This document shows positions 37,593-46,111 of a stretch of DNA of 64,000 nucleotides, piece after piece (positions within the stretch are counted from its first letter, which is position 1; each line of letters begins with the position of its first letter). Source of the stretch: an uncultured Spirochaetota bacterium (lineage in GTDB: Bacteria > Spirochaetota > Spirochaetia > JAFGXN01); the NCBI GenBank assembly GCA_944388995.1, contig CALXKN010000004.1:6394-70393 (forward strand). Direction: 5' to 3'. The position numbers and the translations under genes are program-made. The notes beneath the pieces were generated by a model. That model worked only from the letters and a program-made list of their open reading frames with translations. It was not told the origin of the DNA and made no database searches.

Positions 37593-39176
37593 ATGTGCGC
37601 ACGGTTTAAAGGTCGCAGTCTGTCGGTTATTAATGATTTAAGCGTAGAGGAACAGATTTTCTTATATCAAAAGACACGCGAATTGAAAGAGGCGCACAAA
37701 GAGGGAAGGGGGCTTGATGCGTTCCGGCTGAAGAATCCGGAGGCGTCGTTCTACCTTCTGTTTATGGAAGACAGCACGCGGACAAAGGAGAGCTTCCGCA
37801 ATGCGGCCGCCTTTCACGGCGGGCGGGTCAATCTTTTCGATGCAGCCGGCTCTTCGTTTAATAAAATGGAAAGTATATCCGATACGGTTAAAATGCTGGT
37901 CGGTTACGCGCCTTCTTCGACCTTTATCATCCGCAGCCGGCTGGAAGGACTGACGGCGTTTTTGGACGATACCCTCGGCGAGTACTGCGTTCATCACGGT
38001 ATCGAGAAGCCGGTTTTCATCAACGCCGGCGACGGCAAACACGAACATCCGACGCAGGAGCTTCTGGATGAGTTCAGTTTTCTTGAACAGAAGAACTGGG
38101 ACCGCAGCGCCATTCACTTGGCGATTGTCGGCGATCTTTTTCACGGACGGACGGTTCATTCGAAGGTCAACGGTCTGAGAATTTTTGATTCCGTCCGGGT
38201 CGATTTGATTGCGCCGAAAGAGCTGATGATGCCGGAGCATTACATCGACGAAATGAAAGGCAACGGATTTTCGCTGCGGATTTTCGCTTCCATTGAAGAG
38301 TATTTGACTCAGGACGATACGGCCGGAATTTGGTATTTTACCCGTCTGCAGCTGGAGCGGATGGGCGATGAAGTTTTGGAAAAGGCCGGTCAGCTGCGCA
38401 AGGCGGTCACATTCCGCCGCGAGTTCATGCCGTTACTGAAACCCGGTACGCGGTTTTATCATCCGCTGCCCCGGCATAAAGAACATCCGACCGTGCCGAC
38501 GTTTCTTGACAACACCGCACTGAACGGCTGGGACGCCCAGTCGGTCAACGGCTATTTTACCCGGATCATCGAAATCGGACTGCTTAACGGTCTTTATGAC
38601 GGAGAGGCGGAGAAGAGCCTTCCTCCGGTTTGCGCAAAGCCCGCTCCGTCGTCTTCGTTCGTGAAAGAGATGCCGCTGAATCCCGAACCGAAGATTTCAG
38701 ACCGCAAAGTCGGCATTAAGCCGGTTGAGAACGGAATCGTTATTGATCACATCTCCTGCGGGCCGTCTATTGAAACGATTTGGAACAATATCGACCGAAT
38801 CCGGAAAGTGCTGCATCTGAATGTCCGCAGCTCTCACGGCGTTTATCACCGCAACGATCCGAACTTTTACAAAGGCATCATTTCTCTTCCCGATATTCTT
38901 TCGTTTTCCCAAAAAGAGGTCAAGAAACTGGCCGCCGTTTCTCCCGGCTGCACGATTAATTTTATCAAAGACTCCCGCGTGTATAAAAAACTGCGGTTGG
39001 ACATGCCGCCGCGCGTTTACGGGTTTTCCGAAATTTCATGCAAAAACGAAGCCTGCGTTTCCCATGCCTCGCACCATGAATCGGTGATGACGGAATTTTT
39101 GCGGGCGGGCGAACAGACTTTTAAGTGCAAATACTGCGAAAAGCCGTTTCACTACGATGAAATTTGGGATTTATGA
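37593..39176 (+). CDS. pyrB: aspartate carbamoyltransferase, fused catalytic (PyrB) and regulatory (PyrI) chains
   Basis: STRTKESF (STRT) and HPLPR carbamoyltransferase motifs in residues about 1-330; C-terminal about 150 aa has a PyrI-like VENGIVIDHI allosteric domain and a 4-Cys zinc domain (CKNEAC...CKYCEK). Confidence 0.7.
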   Translation: MCARFKGRSLSVINDLSVEEQIFLYQKTRELKEAHKEGRGLDAFRLKNPEASFYLLFMEDSTRTKESFRNAAAFHGGRVNLFDAAGSSFNKMESISDTVKMLVGYAPSSTFIIRSRLEGLTAFLDDTLGEYCVHHGIEKPVFINAGDGKHEHPTQELLDEFSFLEQKNWDRSAIHLAIVGDLFHGRTVHSKVNGLRIFDSVRVDLIAPKELMMPEHYIDEMKGNGFSLRIFASIEEYLTQDDTAGIWYFTRLQLERMGDEVLEKAGQLRKAVTFRREFMPLLKPGTRFYHPLPRHKEHPTVPTFLDNTALNGWDAQSVNGYFTRIIEIGLLNGLYDGEAEKSLPPVCAKPAPSSSFVKEMPLNPEPKISDRKVGIKPVENGIVIDHISCGPSIETIWNNIDRIRKVLHLNVRSSHGVYHRNDPNFYKGIISLPDILSFSQKEVKKLAAVSPGCTINFIKDSRVYKKLRLDMPPRVYGFSEISCKNEACVSHASHHESVMTEFLRAGEQTFKCKYCEKPFHYDEIWDL

Positions 39177-39578
39177 ACCGCTCCGCTTTTTGCGGCGGCG
39201 GAAAAGAAAATCAAAAATCCGTCTGAAAAAATTCGCGATGCGCTGTTTCAGCGTGGGATTTTTCAGGCGGTGAATGCGTTCGTATCCTTCATTCAGCTCC
39301 GCTTCCGTAAACGGCTTGCGGAAGATGTTTTCTTCGATTTCCAGTTCAAGCGACTTGATTTCCCCCGGATCGTCGATGACTTTTGCTTCTATCGATTTCC
39401 AGCCGAGCCGTTTGGCCGCTTCCAGACGCCGTTCGCCGGCAATCAGCCGGTAATCGGATGTCACTAAAATCGGGGAAAAAAGCCCGTGGCGGTTCAGGCT
39501 GTCGCTCAGCGTTTCGATGTTGCCGAGGTCTTTGCGTATGCGGTTGCGGACTTTGATGTCGCTGATTTTAACTTTCAT
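39171..39578 (-). CDS. small ParB/Srx-fold (ParB N-terminal nuclease-like) domain protein
   Basis: 135 aa; ...SPILVTSDYRLIAGERRLEAAKRLG (ParB box GERR motif). Confidence 0.5.
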   Translation of the reverse strand: MKVKISDIKVRNRIRKDLGNIETLSDSLNRHGLFSPILVTSDYRLIAGERRLEAAKRLGWKSIEAKVIDDPGEIKSLELEIEENIFRKPFTEAELNEGYERIHRLKNPTLKQRIANFFRRIFDFLFRRRKKRSGS

Positions 39579-39596
39579 TTGTCCCTCCGTTCGGCG

Positions 39597-42242
39597 TTAA
39601 ATCCCCAGAAGCGGGTTTTCTTCCGTCAAAAGATCCAATTCTTTCTGTTCGGCCGGCTGCGTTTCGGTTTCTTCCTTTTCTCCAAAAGAATTTTTTTCCT
39701 CTCCGAAAGAGCGCTGTTTTCCGGCGGATTCAAACGCCTTCTCCGAAAGAATGTCGGATTGATACATGGAAACAATTTCTTCTTCCGAAAAATATTGATC
39801 GAGCATCGATTGAAGGAATTCGTTGTTCTCCTCTTCGACGGACGCCCAAACCGATTCGGATCCGATTTGATTGACCTCGGATTCCACTTTGTGTTCTCCG
39901 GAGACCGAGAGCGTGTAGCGGGCGGCGCACATGGAACACTCTTCCTGCGGCTGCGTGCCGGTGATAAAAATTTCGCTGAAACGGCGGGCGCAGGCGGGCG
40001 ACGGTTTGGCTCCCGAAACGGAACAGACCTCCGCGTAGGTCAGACCCGACGCCGGACGTTTAAAGTCGCGGATCGGCAGTGTTTTGTGGATGGCGTACAT
40101 GTATTCGCACCACGATTGTCCCGAATGGGATTCTCCTGTGATATTGGCTCCGAGGGAAAGGCCGGGGTAGTCGAATCCGTACCAAACGGCCGTCGTCATG
40201 TAGGGTGAAAAACCGACCGTCCAGACGTCGCCCCAGTTGTCGGTTGTGCCGGTTTTGACGGCCATCGGCATGCCGTTGAAGTTGTTGACCATGGAGGCGC
40301 GCACGCGCATGGTGCCGATGGTCAGCGTCGATTTCAGCATATCGGTCATGATGTAGGCGTCCTGTTCGCTCATGACGTTGTAAAGCGCCGGATTTTCTGC
40401 TTGAACGCGGCGGCTGTCGGAGACGTTGTCGATAATGATTTCACCGTTGCGGTTGCGGACCGTTAAAATCGCAATCGGATCAACGGCCTTTCCGCCGTTT
40501 GCGAAAATCGAGTAGGCGCGCGCCATTTGATACGGGTTGGTCTGGATGATTCCCAGTGCGAGCGGATAAACCCGCGGATAGGCCTGCTTGTCGAAGCGTT
40601 TGTCGTAAGTTCCGAGCATCTTCGTGATGCGGTCAATGGCCGGCTCGAATCCAACCCGCTCTAAAACGTCAACCGCCGGAATGTTCATGCTGAACGCCAG
40701 CGCCCGCCGCGCCAGCATATCGCCGTACCAACGGCCGCCGTAGTTGCGGGGGATGTACGGGTCGTTTTGCTCGGCAAAATAGACGCGCGGCGTATCGGAG
40801 AGGTAGGTGGCGGGGGTGATCACTCTTGACGAAATACCGGCCGAATAGATGAGCGGTTTGATGGAGGAACCGGGCGTCACCATCGCGTTTGTGGCGCGGT
40901 TGTTCTCCTTTGTCAGAAAATCACTTCCGCCGATCATCGCCAGAATGTTGCCGGTTTCGTTTTCAACGCAGATAAAAGCGCCCTCCACCGTGTTGCGTTC
41001 ATTGATTCGCCGCAGATACTGCGCCCGTTCCGCCGTTGATTGGTGAAGTCCGGGAGCGGAAGTCATCAGCGATACCATGTGAAGCAACGGATTGATTTCG
41101 CTGTCGTAGGTTTCCATCGCCCTCCGTCCGCGTTGATCGCCCCGTTCGGCCAGTGCGGGTATGTCGGTCGTATAGGCCAGCGCCGACAAAACCGGCAGGA
41201 GTTCGGATAAGTCGCGCTCGCTGCCGCCTTTTGTGTTCCGACGGTAATCGGCGTTAATGCGGCGGAATCCCTGGCTCATCACCGATTCGGCGATCGTCTG
41301 ATAATCCAGATCCAACGAAGTGTTGACAATGAAACCGTCCGTATTGATATCCGTCGAACCGTAGAGCATTTTGGTCAGCTGAATGCGGACGTACTCGGAG
41401 AAGTAGGGCGCCTGTTTTTCGTTGGCTTCGTAAGAGCTGTTGTTGACGAAACGGGTGTAGTCGTAGGAGCTCCAGAACTCGTCGTAGGATTTTTGCGCCT
41501 CTTCACGGGTCAGATAGCCGGAGGCGACCATCTGTTTCATCACCTCTTCCTGCCGGGATTTGGCGTTGTCGATGTGGGAAATCAGGTTGAATCGCGAGGG
41601 ATTGGAAAGACAGACAACCAAAACAGCTGCTTCCGCAGGCGTCATTTCCCGCGCCGGTTTTTCAAAGTAAAAGTTGCTTGCCGCTTCAAAGCCGTTTGTT
41701 CCGTAGCCGAGGGTCGCGTCATTCATATACTGTTCAAGAATCTGTTCTTTCGAATAGGACTCTTCCATCAGAAAAGCGTACCACAACTCCTTGATTTTCC
41801 GCGCGTAAGTAATTTCACTGCGGTCGCAGAAAATCATTCCCGACGTCTGCTGCGTCAAAGAGCTGCCGCCGCCGCGGTTTTGTCCGATCAAACGGAAAAG
41901 GAAAGCGCGCGAGAATCCGACGACATTCAGCCCCCGGTGCCCGAAAAAATTCCTGTCTTCGCGGCTGATGAGGGCGTAAATGACATGAGCCGGCAAATCC
42001 CGGGCCGAGAGAATTTTCCGGTTTTGATTGCCGTAAAACTCGGAAATCAGCCGTCCCTTCCGGTCGTAAATTCTTGTCGGCAAAACCGGTTCGTAGTTTT
42101 CCAAGACTTGTTCCATGTGCCACTCGGATGAAGAAATCAAGCCCGTCGTGACGCCGAAGATAACCGACGTCATCAGCATCGCCGCGACGCCGATGATTGT
42201 GAAAAAAATCATAATCGCTTTTTGAAAGCGGGAAAACACCAT
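39597..42242 (-). CDS. mrcA: penicillin-binding protein 1A (bifunctional transglycosylase/transpeptidase)
   Basis: N-terminal TM, GT51 motifs (EDRNFFGHRGLN; RGGSSLTQQ), transpeptidase SxxK-type region; about 881 aa with acidic C-terminal tail. Confidence 0.85.
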   Translation of the reverse strand: MVFSRFQKAIMIFFTIIGVAAMLMTSVIFGVTTGLISSSEWHMEQVLENYEPVLPTRIYDRKGRLISEFYGNQNRKILSARDLPAHVIYALISREDRNFFGHRGLNVVGFSRAFLFRLIGQNRGGGSSLTQQTSGMIFCDRSEITYARKIKELWYAFLMEESYSKEQILEQYMNDATLGYGTNGFEAASNFYFEKPAREMTPAEAAVLVVCLSNPSRFNLISHIDNAKSRQEEVMKQMVASGYLTREEAQKSYDEFWSSYDYTRFVNNSSYEANEKQAPYFSEYVRIQLTKMLYGSTDINTDGFIVNTSLDLDYQTIAESVMSQGFRRINADYRRNTKGGSERDLSELLPVLSALAYTTDIPALAERGDQRGRRAMETYDSEINPLLHMVSLMTSAPGLHQSTAERAQYLRRINERNTVEGAFICVENETGNILAMIGGSDFLTKENNRATNAMVTPGSSIKPLIYSAGISSRVITPATYLSDTPRVYFAEQNDPYIPRNYGGRWYGDMLARRALAFSMNIPAVDVLERVGFEPAIDRITKMLGTYDKRFDKQAYPRVYPLALGIIQTNPYQMARAYSIFANGGKAVDPIAILTVRNRNGEIIIDNVSDSRRVQAENPALYNVMSEQDAYIMTDMLKSTLTIGTMRVRASMVNNFNGMPMAVKTGTTDNWGDVWTVGFSPYMTTAVWYGFDYPGLSLGANITGESHSGQSWCEYMYAIHKTLPIRDFKRPASGLTYAEVCSVSGAKPSPACARRFSEIFITGTQPQEECSMCAARYTLSVSGEHKVESEVNQIGSESVWASVEEENNEFLQSMLDQYFSEEEIVSMYQSDILSEKAFESAGKQRSFGEEKNSFGEKEETETQPAEQKELDLLTEENPLLGI

Positions 42243-42296
42243 GTTAACAGAATATTTTTTGAAAGGAGAATTGTCAAGGGTTTTGCCGCTTATTAA

Positions 42297-42324
42297 TGAA
42301 AAAACCGACCGCCGGGCGGTCGGC
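42297..42324 (-). terminator. rho-independent terminator ending the minus-strand M23-peptidase operon
   Basis: On the minus strand: stem ccgaccg/cggtcgg with 5-nt loop followed by TTTTTTC. Confidence 0.5.
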
Positions 42325-42418
42325 TGTCAGTCTTCAATATAGCAAACTGGGAGGGGAACTATATCTTGCCTGACATTAAGTTTATCGGCAAACGGGCGAT
42401 AAACTTAATTGAGAACGG

Positions 42419-43315
42419 TTAAAAATTTAAAAAAAGTCGGGGATCTTTTTTTGCGTTGTCGGAGATGAATTCAAAGTGAAGGTGGGGGCCCGTCGCGCGG
42501 CCCGTACTGCCGACGGCGGCGATGATGTCGCCTCCGGCGACAAATTGGTTTTCGGTCACGTAAATTTTTGAAAGGTGGGCGTAGCGGGTGCGGACGTTGT
42601 TGTCGTGGATAATCTCGATATAGGTGCCGTAAATCGGGTGACCTTCGCCGCAGAGGGCGACAGTACCGTTTTGAGGGCAGATGACGTCGGTGCCGGCCGG
42701 CGCGGCAATGTCGACACCGCCGTGAAACGACTCCCTCCCGTGAAACGGATCCTTGCGGAGCCCGTAATCGGAGGTGATGCGCCCCTTCGGAACGGGAAAA
42801 AAGCGCAGAAAACCCAGAAAATACGACCGTTCGAGATCGCCGTAACTCTGTCCGTCGAGCCAAAAAAAGAGTTCCTTCAAATCGCCCGACCGGATGCGGA
42901 CGGATTGTTCCCCGTTCCAGTCGTGTCCTTCGAAAACCATCAGTTCAAGATCGGATTTCCGCCGTTCGGGAAGGAAAAGCGCCGGGCGGTTGGGAACCAG
43001 AATCTCGGTTTTGCCGTCAAAGACGATATTTGAGGAGATCCTGTTGAGGGAAGCGATGGTCTCAAAAGGCAGCGAGAGGAGGGAGGAGAGGGCAATCAGC
43101 GTCATCCCCTCCGCCGGAGTGTAGCGGCGGAAAACAAAGCCGGGAAGTTCGCCGCCTGCCGCCTGCGCCGAGTAATACGCCTCAATATCGAAGCAAAGCT
43201 GCGCGTATTGGGGATCGGCTGCGTAAAGTTCGGTGATTTCGGGATAAGTTCCGTTGCCGAAAAGCGCGGCCGGAAAAAAAATCAGCAGAAGGAGCGGGGA
43301 AAGCCGTTTTTTCAT
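42419..43315 (-). CDS. M23-family metallopeptidase (secreted)
   Basis: HGGVDIAAPAGTDV...HLHFE M23 motifs; signal peptide begins at MKKRLSPLLLLIFF (start 43315), ORF-track extension to 43450 unlikely. Confidence 0.75.
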   Translation of the reverse strand: MKKRLSPLLLLIFFPAALFGNGTYPEITELYAADPQYAQLCFDIEAYYSAQAAGGELPGFVFRRYTPAEGMTLIALSSLLSLPFETIASLNRISSNIVFDGKTEILVPNRPALFLPERRKSDLELMVFEGHDWNGEQSVRIRSGDLKELFFWLDGQSYGDLERSYFLGFLRFFPVPKGRITSDYGLRKDPFHGRESFHGGVDIAAPAGTDVICPQNGTVALCGEGHPIYGTYIEIIHDNNVRTRYAHLSKIYVTENQFVAGGDIIAAVGSTGRATGPHLHFEFISDNAKKDPRLFLNF

Positions 43316-43737
43316 GCGGCGTCCTTGGACAAAAAGAGCGGTATTCTCAAGGCGGTGAAAAAAAGAAGCGAAAGGAGGGCCGGAACCGGCAGCTGCCACA
43401 CGACCGACAGAATCAGGCAGGCCGCAAAGAAGAACGACGCCGTCCGGCAAGCGATGAAAACCGTCTTCTTTTTCAGCGAAAGGTTGCGCTTTTTTTTCAA
43501 AAAGATAATCTTTCTCAGCCAGAAACCGAAGGCGGCCGTCAAAAAAACAGCTATGCAGGTGCGTGTGTAAGCGGTCGGCGCTTCAACAGCAAACGCCCAA
43601 AGCGGCGAAGCAATGAGAATGCCGGTAATCAGGGAAACAGCAACGGCTGCCGCCAGAATCGAAAAGTCAAGGAGGGAGTCAAAAATTCGGGAGCGGATCC
43701 GGCCGGCGGAAAATTTCATAGGCGCATTATAACTCAT
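43312..43737 (-). CDS. hypothetical polytopic membrane protein
   Basis: 141 aa, four predicted TM helices; ATGA-overlap with downstream M23 peptidase gene. Confidence 0.45.
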   Translation of the reverse strand: MSYNAPMKFSAGRIRSRIFDSLLDFSILAAAVAVSLITGILIASPLWAFAVEAPTAYTRTCIAVFLTAAFGFWLRKIIFLKKKRNLSLKKKTVFIACRTASFFFAACLILSVVWQLPVPALLSLLFFTALRIPLFLSKDAA

Positions 43738-44632
43738 TTGAGGAAGATTGACAATATTTTTCTTTTAAAACAGACGGCAGGCAGAAGAGGGGAATCGGTT
43801 TGCCGTCGGAAGTGCGGCCGAAAACGGCGTTCGGTTTGTCGGAACCATGAAAATCGCTGCCGCCGCTGATAAGCATGCCGAGCCGCTGTGCGGCGGCCAG
43901 CAGATAACGCATGCGGACAGCTGAACAGCTGGAGTGGACGACTTCAACCCCGTCGACGCCGCGGGCTTTGACGTCGGAAAGAAACGCTTCGGTTCGATCC
44001 CAATTCAAATTAAGCGACAGAGGATGGGCAACAAAAGTCAGCCCGCCCGCGTCGCGGATGGCGGCGACGGCTTCCTCCAACGGTGTTTTTTCAAACGGAA
44101 CAACGTTGCCCGTGTGCGCTCCCAAGTAACGAGCAAATGCTTCTTGCAGTGAACAGACTTCCTTTAAACGAATCAGTTCGCGGGCAATGCGCAGCCGCCC
44201 GGGAGCGCCTCTCTCCGAAGAGAGAATCAATTCGCCGTCAATATCAATGCCGTGAGCGGCTATCCGGCGGCAGATTTCGAGAAAGCGCTCCCGCCGCCGC
44301 GCGCTTTGCCTGCGGCAAAGCGCGGAGAGCTGCGCTCTCCCGCCGTCGACGCCGAGTCCCAAAAGATGGAAGGGACGGCCTTCGTAATCTTCGATTGTGA
44401 TTTCTGTTCCCGGAATGAAAACGATGCCGGCGCCGGCGGCTGCGGCGGCTGCTTCCGGCAGTCCGTCAACTGTATCGTGATCGGTCAGGGCCCAGTAACG
44501 GACGTTCTTTTCGACGGCTGTCCGAACCATTTCTTTCGGCGGCAGAGCACCGTCGGAATAAAACGAGTGGGTGTGAAGATCGCATGAAACGGCGTGACGA
44601 AGGAGGGGAGCGCTTTTTTTCTTTTTTTTCAT
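43727..44632 (-). CDS. PHP-domain phosphoesterase
   Basis: CDLHTHSFYSDGA...ALTDHD PHP (polymerase/histidinol phosphatase) metal-binding motifs. Confidence 0.7.
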   Translation of the reverse strand: MKKKKKSAPLLRHAVSCDLHTHSFYSDGALPPKEMVRTAVEKNVRYWALTDHDTVDGLPEAAAAAAGAGIVFIPGTEITIEDYEGRPFHLLGLGVDGGRAQLSALCRRQSARRRERFLEICRRIAAHGIDIDGELILSSERGAPGRLRIARELIRLKEVCSLQEAFARYLGAHTGNVVPFEKTPLEEAVAAIRDAGGLTFVAHPLSLNLNWDRTEAFLSDVKARGVDGVEVVHSSCSAVRMRYLLAAAQRLGMLISGGSDFHGSDKPNAVFGRTSDGKPIPLFCLPSVLKEKYCQSSSNEL

Positions 44633-45141
44633 GTAATAGAGCGCAGAAAGTAGCGTCCGTCACGCGAATAAAATTCGAAATCGGAACTGAAGGTCTTTTC
44701 TCCGTTGCCGACAGTGCATCGGCGAAGTTTTGTCTCTTCCGGTAAAGACGAAATCAAATAGTCATCTTCAGGGATCCATTCGAAGTTGTTCTTTTGGGAG
44801 ATCAGTTTTCCGAAGAGCAGTGTTCCGGTAAATGGGTGGACGGTGACTAAGCAGAGCGCGCTTTTTTCGCATAGCGCCGCTTTAATCAGCCGCTCACTCT
44901 CTTCGATCGTCATCTTTCCTTCCGTCGGTAAAACGAATGTTTTCTCTTTTCCGTATAGACGAATGAGCTTCTGAATCTTTCGTTCTTTATCGGCATGAAG
45001 GAGAATCAAGTCCGGCTTGATTGTTTTTCCGATTTTCTTCGGATTCGCTTCGCTTTTAACGAGGTTGAGATTGTGTTTTAGACAAAACTGATCGGCAACA
45101 GTCTCCGTTTCTTTCGAAATTCCCGGACAGAAAAGGGTCAT
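44629..45141 (-). CDS. hypothetical protein
   Basis: 170 aa; coding-like; translationally coupled to flanking genes (4-nt overlaps both sides). Confidence 0.4.
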   Translation of the reverse strand: MTLFCPGISKETETVADQFCLKHNLNLVKSEANPKKIGKTIKPDLILLHADKERKIQKLIRLYGKEKTFVLPTEGKMTIEESERLIKAALCEKSALCLVTVHPFTGTLLFGKLISQKNNFEWIPEDDYLISSLPEETKLRRCTVGNGEKTFSSDFEFYSRDGRYFLRSIT

Positions 45142-46091
45142 TTTTCGATTCCTAAATTCCGGACGGCGTAGTCTTTAATCCTCCAGACGGAATCTTTTTT
45201 CTCCAGTCGGTATTTGTATTCTTTTTTTTCAGTGAAGGTCACGCGATCAAAGAATTCGATGACAGTGACTTGCGCATTTGTCGCGGTGTATGTGGTCAAT
45301 GAGATTTCGTATCGGTTGGGAATCAGTACAAATTCTCTTTCGGCGTTTCCTTCCGTGATTTTCCGACGATATTCATTCAAAAGTGCATTGCGGACTTCTT
45401 CCGATCCTTTCATGTAAAGATCTTTTCGCTCTGCGTTTTTGAGATAGAGTGATTCTAAATCAATATAAAGGAAGAAGTCGTCGTTCTTTTTGTTCATTAA
45501 TGCATCGATAGTGAAGGCGACAACGCGGTCGGGTTCCATTGCGCTTCGGCGAGCGGCAGCAGAGGACGGCTGAACTGTTTCTTCCGCAGCGGTTAAGATT
45601 TCTTCTTGCGTCGATTCGGCTTCACCGATATTTAAAAAAAGCGGATTGGAGACGGCCGCTTCTCCCGAATTTTGACTCAGCTGACCGAAAAAGAGCACTT
45701 CGATTTTATAAGAATCGGCTTGATTGATAACGACGTAATCCGCCAGAACGATGCGAAAGCTGTAACTTTCGTTCGGTTGAAGGATAATTTCTTTGTACTG
45801 ATACGGCTCCTGAATCGCCATGGTTTTCAGGTAGAGGTCGGACGGTTCGCAGAGGACGCCTTGAAGGGTGGCAGCCTTAACTTTGATGTTGTAGATTTTG
45901 TTGTCCGCGGAGAGAAAGGCGATCGGATTTTCGGTTTTGTTCTCCAATTCGACCAAAATTTCAACGGCAGAGTCGGGAGTATAGATTTTTTTGTTGTAAA
46001 ATCGTATATTGACATCGGGGTTGATGATTTGGGCAAACAGCGCCGATGCCGACCAAAACAGAAGGGTTGCCGAAAGTATAACTCGTTTCAT
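45138..46091 (-). CDS. hypothetical secreted protein
   Basis: Signal peptide MKRVILSATLLFWSASALFAQ; first gene of the 5-gene minus-strand operon. Confidence 0.45.
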   Translation of the reverse strand: MKRVILSATLLFWSASALFAQIINPDVNIRFYNKKIYTPDSAVEILVELENKTENPIAFLSADNKIYNIKVKAATLQGVLCEPSDLYLKTMAIQEPYQYKEIILQPNESYSFRIVLADYVVINQADSYKIEVLFFGQLSQNSGEAAVSNPLFLNIGEAESTQEEILTAAEETVQPSSAAARRSAMEPDRVVAFTIDALMNKKNDDFFLYIDLESLYLKNAERKDLYMKGSEEVRNALLNEYRRKITEGNAEREFVLIPNRYEISLTTYTATNAQVTVIEFFDRVTFTEKKEYKYRLEKKDSVWRIKDYAVRNLGIEK

Positions 46092-46111
46092 CTGGACTCC
46101 TTTTATCTACT

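Noticed and set aside
43316-43450. N-terminal extension of the M23 peptidase ORF
   Set aside because: The signal peptide (MKKRLSPLLLLIFF) starts at 43315, and the extension would overlap the upstream membrane-protein gene by about 140 nt.
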